In this document: piece by piece, positions 1-10,781 of the stretch
Layout: each line of letters begins with the position of its first letter
Numbering within the stretch: position 1 is the first letter of the stretch
Origin: Octopus sinensis
Lineage: Eukaryota
DNA: 18,934 nucleotides
Direction: 5' to 3'
Assembly: GCF_006345805.1 (NCBI RefSeq)
Contig: NW_021824422.1
Span: 1 to 18,934 of the forward strand
Position numbers and translations under genes: made by a program
The notes under the pieces: generated by a model
What the model saw: the letters and a program-made list of their open reading frames with translations, nothing else
Databases searched by the model: none
What the model was told of the DNA's origin: nothing

Positions 1-872
1 CGCTATATCGCTTCTGCTTTTACTGCTCTCTTGAGGCAAACCACCATTTGTTGTTGATGATGGCTCCCATCAAAGCCCTCTTACTAGTGTGCTAATCCGG
101 TCTCTGAAAACCTGTCTCGATGGGAAAGACCGTGTTAGTTTCCGTTATCCGGGACCCTGCCTAAGTGTCTTACCTAAGTCTAGCGTACATGTCACAAGTT
201 TGTGATCCGTGTTGCTGACGATGTGGAATTGGGGACATCCTTGCTATCTCTGTCTACTGTCCTACACAGTATCCTATCTAGATACGATCTCGACGACCCG
301 AGCGGTTGCTCCATGTCCACGTTGGCGCATTCGGGTGGTCTAGTCGGAACCTGTCGGACAGTTGAAAGCGTCTGAGCAGGTATCTGAGGCATTTGCATCC
401 CCGTCTATTCCTATACTACCCACGTAGTCTACATGCGTGTCCAAGTAGCATTCCAATCCCCACTAAGAGTAAAGGACGAGACGTTCCCAAGAATACTTCT
501 AGACGTTGAAAGAAATCCGCCCGACCTGTTAAGGGCGGGGCGTAGACTGATACGAGTCGAAAAGCGCACCATTGCTGCCGTCGACATCCAGGACGACCGT
601 CTACCCTCGGGTCTACGAATATTGTCCTTACTTTGAGATCCAGACTCTTGTGAAAAAGTACCGCGGTGCCACCACTACCGCCATTCTCGGCAGACAGGGG
701 AAAATAAATGTTGAACTGTCCGCCAAACATGGTCTTTAGGGCCCGCGGATTGTGGATCTGGTCTCACTTATGGCTATGTTTCTAACTTATGTGACTTTAT
801 GTCATTTAAGAGGTACCCTTGTTTCCAGGGGACCCCAAGCCACGCACATTTACACAACCAATCTTGATCATA
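1..872 (-). pseudogene. LINE ORF2 N-terminus: apurinic/apyrimidinic-like endonuclease domain, disrupted
   Basis: ATG at 872 begins MIKIGCVNVRGLGSPG; then ..IAISETR, GGTAVLFHKSLDLKVRTIFVDP, AFRLVSVYAP..GRADFFQRLEVFLGTS, GDWN at 450-461, LSDRFRLDHPNAPTWTWSN, SRSYLDRILCR, TDHKLVTCTL. Many 1-bp frameshifts. Confidence 0.88.
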
Positions 873-916
873 GTCCTAATGAATTAGAATACACAGTGAA
901 AGGAACAGAGGGTTAC

Positions 917-2228
917 TTACTGCTCGAAAGTTTTTGCTTTCCCTCCTTTGGTTTGTCCTCGAGGAGAATCCCAGTACAGTTTCTTTGTGAGATATTTTTG
1001 GCATTTACCACCGCGCTGGGGAAAATGCCTTTGAGTGTGGTGGTGCAGACTTTTGGAGATGTGTAATATTTTGATGTGGTCTGGTGGTGTTGTGTATGGG
1101 TGATTGTTTGTTTTTATGTCATCTTCTGTTATGTTTGTTTTTGATTGGATGTATTCCATCAAATTTGTGTTTTTGGTGTCTATAGCTGTGAGCATGTTTG
1201 CTGTATATATTTTTGTGGTGTTGGTGTGGCTGTTGTTTGCGTTGGGTTTTGAAATGTCTTCGTGAGATGTATTTCCCCCTGCTTTGTTCGTGTTTGCATT
1301 GGTTGGTGTGTTTCTGCTCTTTATTTTTCCTTCTTTTGTAGCTATTTGCCATTCCTCACTGGTTTCGTCTTCCGACGAAATTTCTGAGGAATCAGTAGGG
1401 GTAGGGGTATGTTTGGGGGTTCTATGTATCTGTGTAAGTGGTTGTGTTTGGTTTTCGTTGTTGTTGGTTGTTGAGTGGTTGTGTGTGTTGAGTGAGCAGT
1501 ATAAGGATGGGGATCAGTTTGTGTGTGTTTTCTTTGTTTTCTGTTCCTTTGGGTTTTGCTGTTGTTGGTGGTGTTTGGTATTTTTTCAGGTGTTGAGTGG
1601 TTTTTGGTTGATGACGGATTAGCTTGGTGTGCTTCTCTTGTCGTCTTTCTGTGTTGATGGTGGTGGGAGTAGAACTTTTTTTCCGGAGTGCTTTGGTTGT
1701 GGTAGTGGTTGTTGTTGTGGCTCTTGGTGTGCAGTGGTTGGGCACATCTTTTTCAAGTGTTGTTTCGCTTCCACACAAATAGCAGCGTGTCGCCTGCCCT
1801 CTACCACTATATAGAGTTTGTAGCCTCCTGTCAGTTCTATAGCGGTGGGGTATCGTCTCTCTGCTGCTTCATCCAATTGAAGCAGGAATTCGAATTGATT
1901 GCCACATAGTCCTTTCTCTCCTAAACCGCGATTTCCAGGATGTTTGTCTCTGACATTGTCTCTGTCATTTCAAAGCAGATGCAGAGGACCAACATTGCGT
2001 TTCGACATCAAATGGTATGTTTTTTATTTGGACTTTCGTGACCCTTTTGTTAAAATAGACTGGTATCATTACCAAGTCGTCCGAATGCAGCTCCAATGTG
2101 GAAAACTTTTTTGCTAAACTTTCGTTGAGGAAACGTACTTGGACTGTACCAATTTGCTTCCCCAACTGATATATTCCTTGGAGTCCCATGCAGGACGAAG
2201 GCATTTTTCGATTTTTTCCTGCGTGCAT
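917..2228 (-). pseudogene. LINE ORF1 (gag-like nucleic-acid-binding protein with CCHC zinc knuckle), disrupted
   Basis: Pieces: IYQLGKQIGTVQVRF..IPVYFNKRVTKVQIKNIPFDV (1965-2228); PTAIELTGGYKLYIVVEGRR, then CYLCGSE.HLKKMCP when two frameshifts near 1760-1790 are corrected; then a low-complexity T/K/Q-rich C-terminus ending just before the ORF2 ATG. Confidence 0.75.
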
Positions 2229-2272
2229 TTTCTGTTCTTCTTGTTTCTTGTTTATTACTTTATAAATTATTG

Positions 2273-2273
<1 letters not shown>

Positions 2274-2349
<76 letters not shown>

Positions 2350-2358
2350 TAGATATAC

Positions 2359-2434
<76 letters not shown>
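2274..2434. repeat. (GATA)n tetranucleotide microsatellite, ~40 units with one interruption near 2348-2365
   Basis: Directly visible. Confidence 0.98.
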
Positions 2435-2435
<1 letters not shown>

Positions 2436-2807
2436 TACATATATGTATATCTATCATCCGTCAAAATCGCTCACAGACCATCTGTCGGCCAAGAGCTGCA
2501 GTTGCAGCCTCTGGCGCAAGATGCAGTTTTTTTTGTATTGTTCCGTTGTTTAATACAATCCTATTCTTTCATTTCAACGGTATTCCTCAGCCCTTTTTCA
2601 GCTATCTTTGATGTCTGCTTATCATGTAATTACACATTTCTGGTGCCTTTTCTCGCCTTCTTTCCCGTTTTTCACAATTCATAGAAAATTGAAAGAGACA
2701 CACAAATATATACTTGTATCACTCACATACACACACTCACACACACTGACAGATAATCGGAAACACATGCACGCACGCATACGATTTTATTCAAAGGAAA
2801 AGTATCG

Positions 2808-2950
2808 AGGTGGTCGAACTGTAAGCATGCCGGACAAGAAGAGGCTAGTAATCGCTAAGCGGCACTTCCTTTCGAGTTTTACATTCTGAGTTCAAATGCC
2901 ACTGACTTCAAATAAGTGTCGGTTCGGCACTGGGGTCGAAGTAGTCGACA
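2808..2950 (+). mobile_element. Degenerate, internally deleted SINE fragment of an octopus-type family
   Basis: Ordered blocks AGCATGCCGG..CTAAGCGG..TTCTGAGTTCAAAT..AAATAAGT..GCACTGGGGTCGA..GTCGAC resemble a cephalopod SINE consensus as I remember it; not verified. Confidence 0.45.
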
Positions 2951-2962
2951 TACATACTCTGT

Positions 2963-3138
2963 GGAGACACATGGATTAGTGGTTAGAGTGTCGGACTCAT
3001 GATCGTAAGATTGTGGTTTCGATTCCTGGACCGAGTGATGCGTTGTACTCTCGAACGAAACACTTCGTTTCACGTTGCTTCATTCTACTCAGCTGGTAAA
3101 ATTGAGTAATCCTGCGACAGACCGGCGTCCCGTCCAGG
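2963..3138 (+). mobile_element. tRNA-derived SINE (family 1, CORE-like central domain)
   Basis: A-box-like TGGATTAGTGG (2972-2982) and B-box-like GGTTTCGATTCC (3015-3026); central CACTTCGTTTCACGTTGC..ACTCAGCTG; homologous copies at 3551-3761 (-) and 5893-6208 (-) inside the window. Confidence 0.8.
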
Positions 3139-3140
3139 TG

Positions 3141-3204
<64 letters not shown>
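3138..3204. repeat. (GT)n microsatellite
   Basis: Directly visible. Confidence 0.97.
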
Positions 3205-3206
<2 letters not shown>

Positions 3207-3550
3207 GCCTAGTGCTTCTTATATTCGACGAGTATTTTTCTCGAAAAACTCGGAGCGACATAAAGCTTATGAATGCATATGTATTAACGGAAACTGTACG
3301 GAAGCTTTTCGATTAGATTGCATCTATAATTGAAATTTACTGTATTGTCATATAACATTTGATGCTACTTTAAGTGTCATAGACTGTCTGCGAAAACGTC
3401 ACTCATTTATACATTAATTAAATAAGTTGATAATTCAGTTGATTGAACAGTTCAATACTGATCATCGAACCTCACACAGATCGAATTATTTAATTTATGT
3501 CAAAGAGAGAATAACCAAGCGTCAATTCCGATCAATGAGACTCATAAGGG

Positions 3551-3761
3551 CATTTCTGGTATTCTGTGGCGTATATATTGTGTACCGGGATGGGACGCTA
3601 GCCCATCGAAGGAATAAGGATTTATTGGCAGCTGAGTGGACAACAGCAACATGAAATGAATGGTTTTGTTCCAGAACTAAATGCAAGGCCCGGTTTAGGA
3701 ACCGAAACCACCATATTACGATCAAGATTGCAACGTCCTAACCACTAATCTACAGACGTCC
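3551..3761 (-). mobile_element. tRNA-derived SINE (family 1), diverged copy
   Basis: Reverse complement reads GATTAGTGGTTAG..TGATCGTAA..GTGGTTTCGGTTCCT..TTTCATGTTGC..CCACTCAGCTG..GCGTCCCATCC, collinear with 2963-3138. Confidence 0.75.
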
Positions 3762-3785
3762 ACAATATGCATAAACACGTATGAA

Positions 3786-3816
<31 letters not shown>

Positions 3817-3825
3817 GCGTGTATA

Positions 3826-3987
3826 AGTGCAGACGTGGCTGTGTGGTAAGAGGGTTACTTCCCAACTACATGGATCTGCGTTCATTCCCACTGGGTCGCA
3901 CCTTCGGCAGCTGTCTTTTATTATAACGTCGGGTCAACCAAAGACATGTGAGTGGATTTGATAGACGAAAATTGAAAGAAGCCCGTC
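3826..3987 (+). mobile_element. tRNA-derived SINE head (family 2, resembling the octopus OR-type SINEs)
   Basis: GTGGCTGTGTGGTAAG..ACCAAAG..TGTGAGTGGATTTG..GAAAGAAGC is collinear with the better preserved copy at 15881-16036. Confidence 0.8.
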
Positions 3988-3988
3988 T

Positions 3989-4013
3989 TATATATATAAT
4001 ATATTATAATATA

Positions 4014-4089
<76 letters not shown>

Positions 4090-4129
4090 GCGTGTGTGTG
4101 TGTGTGTATGCATGTGTGTGTGTATACTG

Positions 4130-4179
<50 letters not shown>

Positions 4180-4196
4180 TATATATATACACATAT
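3989..4196. repeat. Compound (TA)n/(TG)n/(TA)n microsatellite
   Basis: Directly visible. Confidence 0.97.
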
Positions 4197-4380
4197 AAGA
4201 GATTTTTTTCCTCCGTCTTACCTTCTGGATCTTTCCTTTTCCTATTTTCTGACGAAAAACTCCGCTCGAAACGTTAAACCCTCTTCTTTCCTTCTTTCCT
4301 GAGCGTCCAATAATACTACACTTGTTCCACATCCTCGCGTTATTGTGTTTTCTCTTTGTGTTTTCATGTTTGGATTAACT
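4197..4380 (+). mobile_element. Short non-autonomous element carrying a degenerate minimal hammerhead-ribozyme motif (Penelope-like-element associated type)
   Basis: TTT-CTGACGA-A-[AAAC TCC GCTC]-GAA-ACGT-T-AAA at 4246-4278; shares GCTCGAAAC and GAGCGTC..TAATAC with 16048-16117 (-); flanked by TA arrays. Boundaries approximate. Confidence 0.6.
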
Positions 4381-4452
4381 TTATATATATATTATATATA
4401 CATATGCACACACCTTCACACACACTCTTACACACACGCGCACATACTTATT

Positions 4453-4493
<41 letters not shown>

Positions 4494-4585
4494 ATATATT
4501 AACATATGTGTGTCTCGTTAGTAAATCATAAATCTGAAGAAGAAGAAGAAGAAGCACGCTCTGAGTTATAGAGTAGTAGAGTACA

Positions 4586-4766
4586 TAGATAAAGATAGGT
4601 ATGGTCTGTTTATGGGGTTACATGGGGGTTTCACGTCCATAAAGAACTTAGTTTTACAGCCATAGGCCAACTGGATTAGGGCCTGAATAAATGCCGTAAA
4701 GCTGAGAGCTTTAAGGAATCAAAACTGCGGGTAATCCCATAAATCGGCCACATATACCTTTATCTA
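4586..4766. mobile_element. 181-bp fold-back (MITE-like) element
   Basis: 4586-4621 matches the reverse complement of 4731-4766 at 28/36 ungapped positions (terminal TAGATAAAG/CTTTATCTA perfect); symmetry continues inward to a central AGGCC..GGCCT; TA at both ends. Confidence 0.7.
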
Positions 4767-4779
4767 CACACACAACACG

Positions 4780-4816
<37 letters not shown>

Positions 4817-4892
4817 TGCTTTTTACTCTATGCTTTTACAATAACAGTTTATTTCATACATGTCCATATGTGAGCATTTTATATACATAGCT

Positions 4893-4983
4893 GGAAGAGG
4901 AAGAGGTATAGGAGGGGGTGGAAGATGAAGGGGAATAGTAGGAGGAGGAGGAAGAGCAAGAGGAATAGGAGGAGGAGGAGGAC
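4893..4983. repeat. Purine-rich (GGA/GAA) low-complexity tract
   Basis: Directly visible. Confidence 0.85.
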
Positions 4984-5892
4984 AATGTCATATATCATTG
5001 CGATGTATTCGTGTTCATAAATTCTGAGATTTATTCATTCCAAAGATAAAACATTTCGTAATAAGATAGATAAGGATGATAGGAAGTCAAAACACAAAAA
5101 AGAAAAGAGAAAGAGAGGGAAAAACGGGATTATATAGAAGGAACATATTTTCAGTATCGTTTGAAAGACGGCATTGTGGTTATAATCACCAAGATTAAAC
5201 ATCTGGGTGTGATGAAGTCGTACGAACGCCATTTCAAACTAATCTGTTGTCATTCATCATGGAGAAAACCATTTTGGGCATTTAATAACGCGCGTTTGTA
5301 TATGCATTCAGATTTGAGTTGAATCTCTGGATCTGAAAATTGCATTCACTCTCTCAAGAATTTTACATATATATATATATACACTCATATACATATGCAC
5401 TCATATGTTATTATATATTATTATAATATATATATATATATACTCATATATATGTATATACACACACATATATACATATATATGCATATCTTTCTTACAA
5501 ATATATATACGTGTCTTTACAGAAAAATATATGGAACTCACTATGTGTGCTAGAAGTTTATTGAATATAGATGCTCAATATATACATACAAGGTGAATAT
5601 ATGTATGTCTGTGTGTGCGTATATATATATAATACATATATGTATATATATCTATATATATATATAATACAATTGTTCGTTTGTTTTCCACCTGCCTTCG
5701 TCTTTTGTTTATTTTCATAAAGCTTCCCGTTATATATATATATATACAAACACACACACGCATATATATATATATGCCTCGGGAAATAGCTTTAATGTGC
5801 GTGTGTTTGTATGTGTGCGTGTGTCTGTGAATGTCTGTGTCCGTGTGTGTGTTGGTATGTGTATGTGTGTTTGCCAGTGTATACATGTAAAG

Positions 5893-6208
5893 AATCCTTT
5901 AGTTCATGGATGACCATGGGATTGCACATAAAATGTTCCTCTCCTAGGCATAAATCTTGTAAAGGTTGTTTATGGAAGACTAGCAGTCGTACACGCATAC
6001 CAGCCTCCCCTCCCCACACCACCGATGTTATCCAGGGGAAATGCAAAGGGGCTGATGGGGCTTGGCACCAGTGACGTCGCAACTCATTTTTAAAGAAGAT
6101 TGAACTGAAGCAACGTGAAATAAAGTGTGTTGCCCAAGAACACAATACATTTCAGTCCGGCAATCGAACTCACTGCCTTACGATTGTAACCCCGATACTC
6201 TAATCACT
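5893..6208 (-). mobile_element. tRNA-derived SINE with family-1-like head and a different 3' body
   Basis: Reverse complement AGTGATTAGAGTATCGG..ATCGTAAG..GAGTTCGATTGCCGGAC..TTTCACGTTGCTTCA aligns with 2978-3082; downstream body diverges (GCGACGTCACTGGTGCC..CCCATGGTCAT). Confidence 0.75.
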
Positions 6209-6649
6209 GTATATGTATGCCTGTATGCATGAGTGTATATAAGCATGTATAGCCTGTTTCATAGACAGCATCAACGAGCACGCTGCTAATGTTTCGTGTG
6301 ACATTAAGATAAGACAAGACGATGGGTGTATACAAGGCACACGACGAAATTCAACATGGAGGAATCTTCCATGAGGAAAGTAAATGAAGTATTAACAAGA
6401 ACAATATGTACATGGGCATTAGACTCAAACCAAGTCCCTTACACTGCATACAAGAACTGTCCAATGCTTCTTCATCGAGTTTGAAGTGCCTTGGAAGTGA
6501 TTTAGAGAATAGGGAAGGTTTCCCTATCAAGGAGATACGCCGGACAGATATATATTCATAAACAAGTAATGATTAAGAATAACAAGGAATTTTGTGTCAT
6601 ATCTTCGCGCAGCATTGAGAGTAGGATTTTCTTCAGCACACCCAAGATA

Positions 6650-7197
6650 TCTATTATATAAAATCGGTTCTGTCTTGTGTGTGTGTGTGTCTTCTAGGAT
6701 CTCGGGTATCCTCTATCCATTTGCGCTCAAATTTGATATGTAGATAGCGACGGTATCAGGGCGTGTATAAATCTTGAAACATTTACAAAAATCGATTCCA
6801 GGTGAGAATGCGATTGATAAAGCCGTTTTTGTCCTGCTTTTCTTCCGTCAACCTGTACATAACTGCACCTTCCATTTTTGGTTGTTTTTGTACTGCTTAA
6901 AGGAACGTTTCTTTCCTGCCAAGCTTACTGTTTAAACCATGTTTGTGTTCTCCCAGATAACAGCCTTATCATTACTGGTACTCTTCGGTTGCATATTTGT
7001 GTGAATAAAATCGTTTTACTTTGGAATAGAAAAAAAGTCTATCTTTATTTCTTCTTTTGCTCGTGTCTCAAATTTAGGTTAAATCAGTGTTTGTCAAAGG
7101 GAGGCCTATGGGACAATCGGACAAGTTGTTTTGAGAAAATTTGGTTTAAATGTTTGACAACTCAGCACCGTCCATTGGACGCGGGGCGTTTTGCTCG
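6650..7197 (+). mobile_element. Non-autonomous Helitron-like element (~550 bp)
   Basis: 5' end A|TCTATTATATAAAA followed by a short (TG)n; 3' GC-rich hairpin CGTCCA-T-TGGACG (7169-7181) 12 nt before CTCG|T (CTAG/CTRR-like end with one mismatch); sits between A and T with no TSD. Confidence 0.65.
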
Positions 7198-7654
7198 TAT
7201 TTAATAATCAGGTAAATATTTATTCTGGATTTGTTCTGACAGATTTCACATTGTGTGACAGAAGAATTAATCTTCAATGCAGAATGCCCATGTTATTTAT
7301 AAAATCATAGAAGCTACAACACCCAAAATGATGTGGGCCATATTAGGTATCATCCAAATATCTTCTACGATTGGCATATACAATTATAGAAGAGACTGGT
7401 ATAGCATTCGCTTCTAGTTTTTTCCATTTTTTAATTTATCTTATTTTTTACATTTATTTATCTATTTTCTTTTCTTTATTTTTGCTTAGAACTATGTATT
7501 TGTTTCCTGGAATTGAGTTGTGAGTTTATCGTTTCCTGCATATTTATAAGCACGTTAGGACTTAATATATACGCAAATCTGTCTGAGTAGTTGTCTTTGT
7601 TAGTTAGAGTGTCCCAGGGGATGAAAGGAGAGATATAGAGAAAGAGGAAAACAT

Positions 7655-7902
7655 GTGTGTGAGAGAGAGAGAGAGAGAGAAAAGTGAGAATTTCTGTGCA
7701 TACGGGAGAGAAGAGAGAGAGAGAGAGAGAGGCGGAGGAAGAGGAGGCGTAAAGACACACACACAGAAAAATTGGTAGATTTGATAGTCCCATGTCTTTT
7801 GTTCGAGAAAAATTTATCCTTTAAAGTGGAATATATATACATTTGATATAAATAATATATTACACCCAAACACACAGAGCTACCTACGTGTCTATGTGAG
7901 TG

Positions 7903-7933
<31 letters not shown>

Positions 7934-8017
7934 CTATATATATCAATGTGTGGTTGTGTGCATATATGTAAGTATATATATATCAATATCTATCTATCTA
8001 TCTATTTATCTATCTAT

Positions 8018-8058
<41 letters not shown>
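7655..8058. repeat. Cluster of (GA)n, (TG)n, (TCTA)n and (TA)n microsatellites with short spacers
   Basis: Directly visible. Confidence 0.9.
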
Positions 8059-8062
<4 letters not shown>

Positions 8063-8544
8063 TATACATGCATGTAAATATATAAATATAGGTTTATATG
8101 CTCATATATATGTTTATAAATGTGTGTGTATGTGTGTTTGTGTACGCATAAATATAGACATACCTACACATGCACACATACACACACGCACACATACACA
8201 CAGACGCGCGCACACACGTTTATATATATTCATTCATTCTGTATTTGAGAAATTTATTAATGTCTGCACGATTACAAATGCCGGTCTCTACAGTAATGTA
8301 CGAGTTCCTACCTCATTAAATATGTGCATATTTTAGGTATCATGCTAGTAGTGAAAATATTTATATGTGTCTACGACATTCTGTAACAAGTTCTTAACCA
8401 TTGGTTTTAAGGAAAATGAGTAAGGTCTCGCGTTTTAGTAAGGTCGATTCTGATGATACTATCATACTTCAATTGTACTTTATTTTATCGACCGAGGAAC
8501 ATTGAAACGGGTAGTTTGTCTCGAGCCAGCCGGCCTCCTTACCA

Positions 8545-9260
<716 letters not shown>

Positions 9261-9565
9261 TATTGCTACAAGCCTTCCATCTATATTTTCGTGTCTCTGT
9301 TATTGTTTTAAACGAGTGGTCATCCATTTTAGGAAAATTTTGGTAGCGTTGATGACTCCGGTTATTCGTGTAGGAGAACATTGTGTAGCTTCTCATACAT
9401 ACAGGCATAAATACACACACACACAGACACATACACGCACACATATATATATATGCTTTCATTCTTTTAAGTGCATGAATGCATATATACACATTTATAC
9501 TTATATAAACGTACATTTATATATGCATACTTACACACACGCACACATGCAGATATGCATGCAAA

Positions 9566-9608
9566 CATACATACATACATACATACATGCATACATACAT
9601 GCATACAT
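9566..9608. repeat. (CATA)n microsatellite
   Basis: Directly visible. Confidence 0.9.
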
Positions 9609-10094
9609 AACGACAGAAGCAGTGCTTTTATCCACCACGAATCCTTACGAGAGATTCTCTCAAGGTAGACAACTCAGTTCACTCTATTTCGGCACAACCG
9701 CCACATTAAATCAGGGATCAAGAATATCTTTTCGAATCAATTGCGTGTCATCAATTGTTAATAAGCTCACTAGCTATTTGAAACATCAGTGCTTGAATAG
9801 AGATTGAGATCCTTTATGTCGTTGAAGGGAGAGTCGGCCGTTTACGCACTGTTGGACATCTGTCACTGAGGAACCCACAGCAGGGTGAAAAAACATGATC
9901 TGACAGCTCCTGGGGTGGGGTGATAGCAGACGATTCTTTTCTGAGAATTGTATAATGTCCATTGATTTTATGCACCATGAGTCCTTATGAGAGATGCTCT
10001 CAAAGTTTGATACACACACATACACACACACACAACACACAAATATACATACATATATAAATATATATATATGTGTGTGTGTGTGTGTGTTTAT

Positions 10095-10730
10095 ACAGTT
10101 CCAAAATTTAGACAGTAACACAACAAAGGAACGAACAGTAAACTCACGCCCAAGACGGGACGTTGCTAATTCTTTGTCAGTTATCGTCCAAAAGACTCTT
10201 ACAATTTCCCACCTTAAACGATAATATTATTCACTTTGGTGGCGTCAATAGAAAGAAGCTGCTAGGAATAGCAACCAAACATTGGGGACATTGACGAAAA
10301 GAAACACGACAAAAATATGAATATACAAACATACATTATACTAAGAAAAATATGACCATCTGGTTCTAAGACGAAGCGAATATATGGCTAACGCAAAGGA
10401 AAATGGCCTATAGTATTGGAAATGAAAAAGGGAACAGATGGGAATCCAGAACAGAAGCTTAATAAAACGAACGGTGAAAAATCAAACCATTTTAAACGTA
10501 GAGGAGACGAATGAAATGTGGCTGATCGAGTCAGCGGTCTAGCGAAAAAAGGAATGAGAGAAAGAAATATGAGAAGGAGAATGGTCGGGGGTTACGTGGT
10601 AGCCGGAGCAGAGGGAAAAAAGTGGCTGGCGGGGTCAGAGAGACAGAAAGCAACAGAGAAGAATGGTGAGAAAAGAGGGAAGGAAAGAGAGGACGGCAAA
10701 TGCAAGAGAAAAAGGGACAGAATGTAGGTG
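10095..10730. repeat. Unclassified old interspersed repeat with a strongly purine-rich + strand
   Basis: Composition and layout resemble 12298-12890 (A-rich left end abutting a microsatellite, YTTYRTCAG..ATTTC block, long purine tract); no coding signal. Boundaries approximate. Confidence 0.35.
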
Positions 10731-10781
10731 TGTTGTGTGTGTCTGCATATCATTGTTCAGTTTTATTTGAAGATGTCTTAC

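Larger units (their letters stand above)
1..2250 (-). mobile_element. L1/Tx1-clade non-LTR retrotransposon, 5' portion (ORF1 plus ORF2 endonuclease), continuing off the left edge; frameshifted
   Basis: Minus-strand translation across frameshifts gives a gag-like ORF1 with a CX2CX4HX4C knuckle, followed by an AP-endonuclease with ordered motifs NVRG, ISETR, GGTAVLF, SVYAP, GDWN, TWTW..SYLDRIL, TDHKLV, GPG*(W)KL. The 5' boundary is uncertain. Confidence 0.9.

Noticed and set aside
2963-3040. tRNA gene-like A and B boxes (also at 15881-15935)
   Set aside because: No complete cloverleaf, and the sequence continues into multi-copy SINE bodies; these are SINE heads, not tRNA genes
3416-3495. Hairpin TCAGT..ATTGAAC-A-GTTCAAT-ACTGA with outer AT-rich arms (miRNA-like?)
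   Set aside because: The stem is interrupted, asymmetric and AT-rich; not distinguishable from chance without small-RNA data
5135-5322. Open + frame after a good-looking acceptor (TATTTTCAG at ~5146-5154)
   Set aside because: No convincing donor, no recognisable peptide and no neighbouring exons; cannot be supported without RNA data
9786-10000. Relatively GC-rich unique-looking patch with an open minus frame
   Set aside because: The peptide is not recognisable and there is no clear splice-site pair
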